50,703 nucleotides of DNA, taken from an uncultured Nitrospinota bacterium. GTDB lineage: Bacteria; Nitrospinota; Nitrospinia; Nitrospinales; VA-1. The position numbers and the translations under genes are program-made. Shown here in pieces: positions 48,118 to 50,703 of the stretch. The stretch covers positions 1 to 50,703 of the forward strand of contig CAJQRI010000002.1 of NCBI GenBank assembly GCA_905612265.1, in the 5' to 3' direction. The notes beneath the pieces are model-generated. The model saw nothing but the letters and a program-made list of their open reading frames with translations, was not told where the DNA came from and did no database searches. The number at the start of each line of letters is the position of its first letter. Positions within the stretch are counted from its first letter, which is position 1.

Positions 48118-48242
48118 GAAACTCCTCTAGCTGAAATAAAGTTAAAATAGCAAATGGAGATAGATGGAGTGACAGACAAACAGTTTAATAAAGCTCACGC
48201 GAGCGCACTACCGCTTTTACTTAAGCCTGTCAGAAGTTCTCA
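48117..48242 (-). promoter_or_regulatory. SD-sequestering intercistronic RNA structure
   Basis: Minus strand UG(A)GAACUUCU (48242-48232) pairs with AGGAGUUUCA (48126-48117); inner stem UGACAGGC (48232-48225)/GUCUGUCA (48177-48170). Confidence 0.55.
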
Positions 48243-48668
48243 GATGAATTGTGGGGGATGATCGATAGATCGAGGGTAGTTCTGACTCAGGGTATCCGTA
48301 TGTGTTTTTATTCCCGAATAAAATTGTAACGGAAAGAAGCCATCTTGATTGATATCATTAAATAAAATTTTGGCTCTAGATGAAGCCGAAGAGTTAGCAG
48401 TTCCTGTTGAAGAACCACATTCAGATCTAATAACTCCCCTGGATTTTTTCTCATTCTGGTCTTTATGCGGACATGGTGTGTTTAATAAATGCTGGTGCAT
48501 TTTCAAAACACAATGTAACGGCCTAATTTTCTGGATTTCATCAAAGGGAGACACCACATCTGCATGGTGATGATGTAAAGACCCGGCCTGCGCTAACGAA
48601 GCGCTAAAAAAGACAACACAAAATATAAGTAAGTCACTTAAAATTCGGATTTTTGGTCGAAAATTCAT
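48240..48668 (-). CDS. Secreted His/Cys-rich upstream ORF with C-terminal HPP motif (candidate regulatory arrest peptide)
   Basis: Signal peptide SLAQA; HHHH, LHC..MHQH..CPH, EC; C-terminus YPRSIDHPPQFI. Confidence 0.7.
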   Translation of the reverse strand: MNFRPKIRILSDLLIFCVVFFSASLAQAGSLHHHHADVVSPFDEIQKIRPLHCVLKMHQHLLNTPCPHKDQNEKKSRGVIRSECGSSTGTANSSASSRAKILFNDINQDGFFPLQFYSGIKTHTDTLSQNYPRSIDHPPQFI

Positions 48669-48937
48669 TAGCGTATTACAGTTATCATTTTAAAACTAAG
48701 TCCATCGATTATGTTTATTTTAACAACTTTTGACTTAAAAATTCAAGTTTATTGCAACAAGAAAGCTCTTACCACACTATCTATAACTCAAATCCAGTTA
48801 AACCAACAACACTTAACACTTGATTTTAAAACAACACATCTAAGTAGATAGAATAAGAAACTTTTTATTCCACCCTGATCACAAATTCTCCATATGGTTT
48901 GTTTTATTTACGCCTGTTTGCTATTCTTACGATTAAT

Positions 48938-49660
48938 ATGGAAACACCTAAAAGAGAGCCCCTGCTAAGGGAATTAAAAGATTATCTCATCCACTTAAAA
49001 GACGTGGGATATACAGAAATCCCTTGTGAGGCAGAATTACTTGTAAATTTCCAACAGGGGACGACAAAACCTTCTCAATCACCCAACGAAATGGCTAAAA
49101 ATAAATCTCTGACTGCAGTTCAAAAAGAGCTGGGCGACTGCACCCGCTGTAAACTTTCAGGAACAAGAAAGAATATCGTCTTCGGATCGGGAAATCCAAA
49201 TGCCGACCTTGTCTTTGTGGGTGAAGGGCCCGGTGCCGATGAGGACGAGCAAGGTCTCCCTTTCATAGGTCGGGCAGGAAAAAAGCTGACAGAGATCATT
49301 GAAAAAGGTATGGGGCTGAATCGGGAAAAAGATACCTATATCTGTAACATCGTCAAGTGTCGTCCACCTGGCAACCGCGACCCGGAAGCGGAGGAAATTG
49401 AAGCCTGCAATCCCTTTCTCATCCAACAATTAAAAGCGATCAAACCCAAAGTCATTGTCGCTCTGGGCAAACCCGCATCTTCCACACTTCTCGGAAGGTC
49501 CGTGCCGATCACCAAAGAACGTGGCACCTGGCATGAATATGCAGGTATAAAGTTGATGCTCACTCTTCACCCCTCCTACCTGATTCGGTTCTACACTCTG
49601 GAAAACCGTAAGGCCGTGCATGAAGACATGAAAAAAGTGCTGAAAGAGCTAAAGAAATGA
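48938..49660 (+). CDS. Uracil-DNA glycosylase family 4 (Fe-S)
   Basis: CTRCKL, VFGSGN, GEGPG, PFIGRAG, NIVKCRPP, HPS motifs; start ATG 48938. Confidence 0.92.
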   Translation: METPKREPLLRELKDYLIHLKDVGYTEIPCEAELLVNFQQGTTKPSQSPNEMAKNKSLTAVQKELGDCTRCKLSGTRKNIVFGSGNPNADLVFVGEGPGADEDEQGLPFIGRAGKKLTEIIEKGMGLNREKDTYICNIVKCRPPGNRDPEAEEIEACNPFLIQQLKAIKPKVIVALGKPASSTLLGRSVPITKERGTWHEYAGIKLMLTLHPSYLIRFYTLENRKAVHEDMKKVLKELKK

Positions 49661-49774
49661 AGTCGGCACAGGATAACCTGAGTCGGCTAAAAAAATATTG
49701 AACAGGTCATTTTTGGGAAGAGCAAAACCATAGACATTGCTGTGACCTACCTTATCGCCAAAAACCATCTGCTA
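49657..49774 (+). pseudogene. MoxR-family AAA+ ATPase 5' remnant
   Basis: ATG overlaps the udg stop; MKSAQDNLSRLKK, frameshift in the A7 run, then NIEQVIFGKSKTIDIAVTYLIAKNHLL, ending just before the expected EDVPG.GKT Walker A. Confidence 0.65.
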
Positions 49775-49966
49775 AAGGCGTATAGCCCTTCTTTTTAAAA
49801 CCGGATACAAAAGCCTCTGCATTTCTCTATAAATGGAATGAACACAATTGAACCAACCAGCCTTTTGCAGAAGTTTCGCCAGCTATTACCGACGAGGAAA
49901 ACATCAAAAGACCAAACACAACTACTAAAGTTGCTTGTCGGCTCTGTGTTTAAATTAGTTTCTCCA

Positions 49967-50464
49967 TTAAAGCATTTTTTTAATATAAGTCACCAATTGG
50001 TCAGCACCAACAGCCGGAACCCGGGCGTTCAAAACACCCTTTTGATCAATGATTAAAACGGTTGGCATTTCTCTTTGCGAATATGATTTATAAACCCCTT
50101 TCACAGGATCGAACAAATAAGGGAACTCTACTTTCTCCGGGAACTTACTGAGATACTGCGCAACCGCTTCCTTAGAATCACCATTCGTATTGATCCCCAA
50201 CACCACCACTTGATCCTCACTCATCTGCTTTCTAACTTTATTGAACTCCATGGCCTGATTCATACAAGGAACACATATATGGAACATACCGATCACAACC
50301 ACCTTCCCTTTAAAATCGGACAACGCCACTTGCTTATCATTCATGTTTTTCAAAGAAAATTCAGGAGCCTGTTCTCCTGGAGAAAGTGCCCCTGCAAAAG
50401 CGGGGACCACACCTAAAATCATAATAATTAATGAAAGAAATATTTTTTGCATTACACGCTCCAT
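49967..50464 (-). CDS. Exported redoxin (TlpA/AhpC-TSA family)
   Basis: Signal peptide PAFA; APEFSL, LSDFKGKVVV, CVPC, PT.LIIDQKG. Confidence 0.87.
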   Translation of the reverse strand: MERVMQKIFLSLIIMILGVVPAFAGALSPGEQAPEFSLKNMNDKQVALSDFKGKVVVIGMFHICVPCMNQAMEFNKVRKQMSEDQVVVLGINTNGDSKEAVAQYLSKFPEKVEFPYLFDPVKGVYKSYSQREMPTVLIIDQKGVLNARVPAVGADQLVTYIKKML

Positions 50465-50703
50465 TTCATGGAATATTTTACTGGGAAACCCTCTCTTAAA
50501 ACGAAATATGTTATATCTCTAATTCCATTTTAAAGCAGGCTTCACTGATTTGAAAGGGGTTTCAAGAAGACAAGAACAAAGACCTTTTTGAGGTCAAAAC
50601 TCTCCCTTGACTTGCTCCGTGTTTTATACTAAAAACCTGGTATAATTCTTTAAGTCTATTAGGTTTTGTCCTGAAATTAAAACTAGATTTTCAAGATATG
50701 GTT

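Noticed and set aside
48670-48695. Fur/Zur-like box (AAATGATAACTGTAATAC, minus strand) upstream of the His-rich uORF
   Set aside because: Only a half-site match with no convincing dyad symmetry.
49838-50056. 72-aa plus-strand ORF
   Set aside because: Overlaps the redoxin gene in antisense and has no recognisable features.

Overview
An AT-rich (roughly 40% GC by eye), gene-dense bacterial chromosomal segment. The gene set (cytochrome bd-like oxidase subunit plus a membrane diheme cytochrome c, two FGE-sulfatase-domain proteins, two stand-alone LRR proteins, TPR/cupredoxin-like periplasmic protein, several small c-type cytochromes) resembles marine nitrite-oxidising Nitrospinota; this taxonomic assignment is an inference. 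In order: the 3' part of rlmN; a Fur-box-controlled exbB-exbD-exbD-tonB operon, a DxNxDG-repeat periplasmic protein and a FecA-like TonB-dependent receptor; a GT2/LAB_N lipid-modification module; a bd-like oxidase/cytochrome c pair; housekeeping genes (bolA, lpdA, sppA, ogt-recO-ridA, trxB, thrC-hom-alaC, uppP, eukaryote-type UGPase, gpx, scpA, rsmE, serB, rarA, argS, udg); a decayed IS5 element and several small gene remnants. The most notable structure is at 45.3-48.7 kb. A secreted His/Cys-rich upstream ORF ends in IDHPP, and the sequence at its stop codon can base-pair with the Shine-Dalgarno of a downstream Met/Cys/His-rich outer-membrane transporter. That gene is followed by a cytochrome c lipoprotein and a TlpA-type oxidoreductase. 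This is the architecture of a metal-sensing ribosome-arrest leader (CutF/CruR-like) but with non-canonical motifs. No rRNA, tRNA or CRISPR array was recognised. All calls come from reading motifs by eye; no searches were run.
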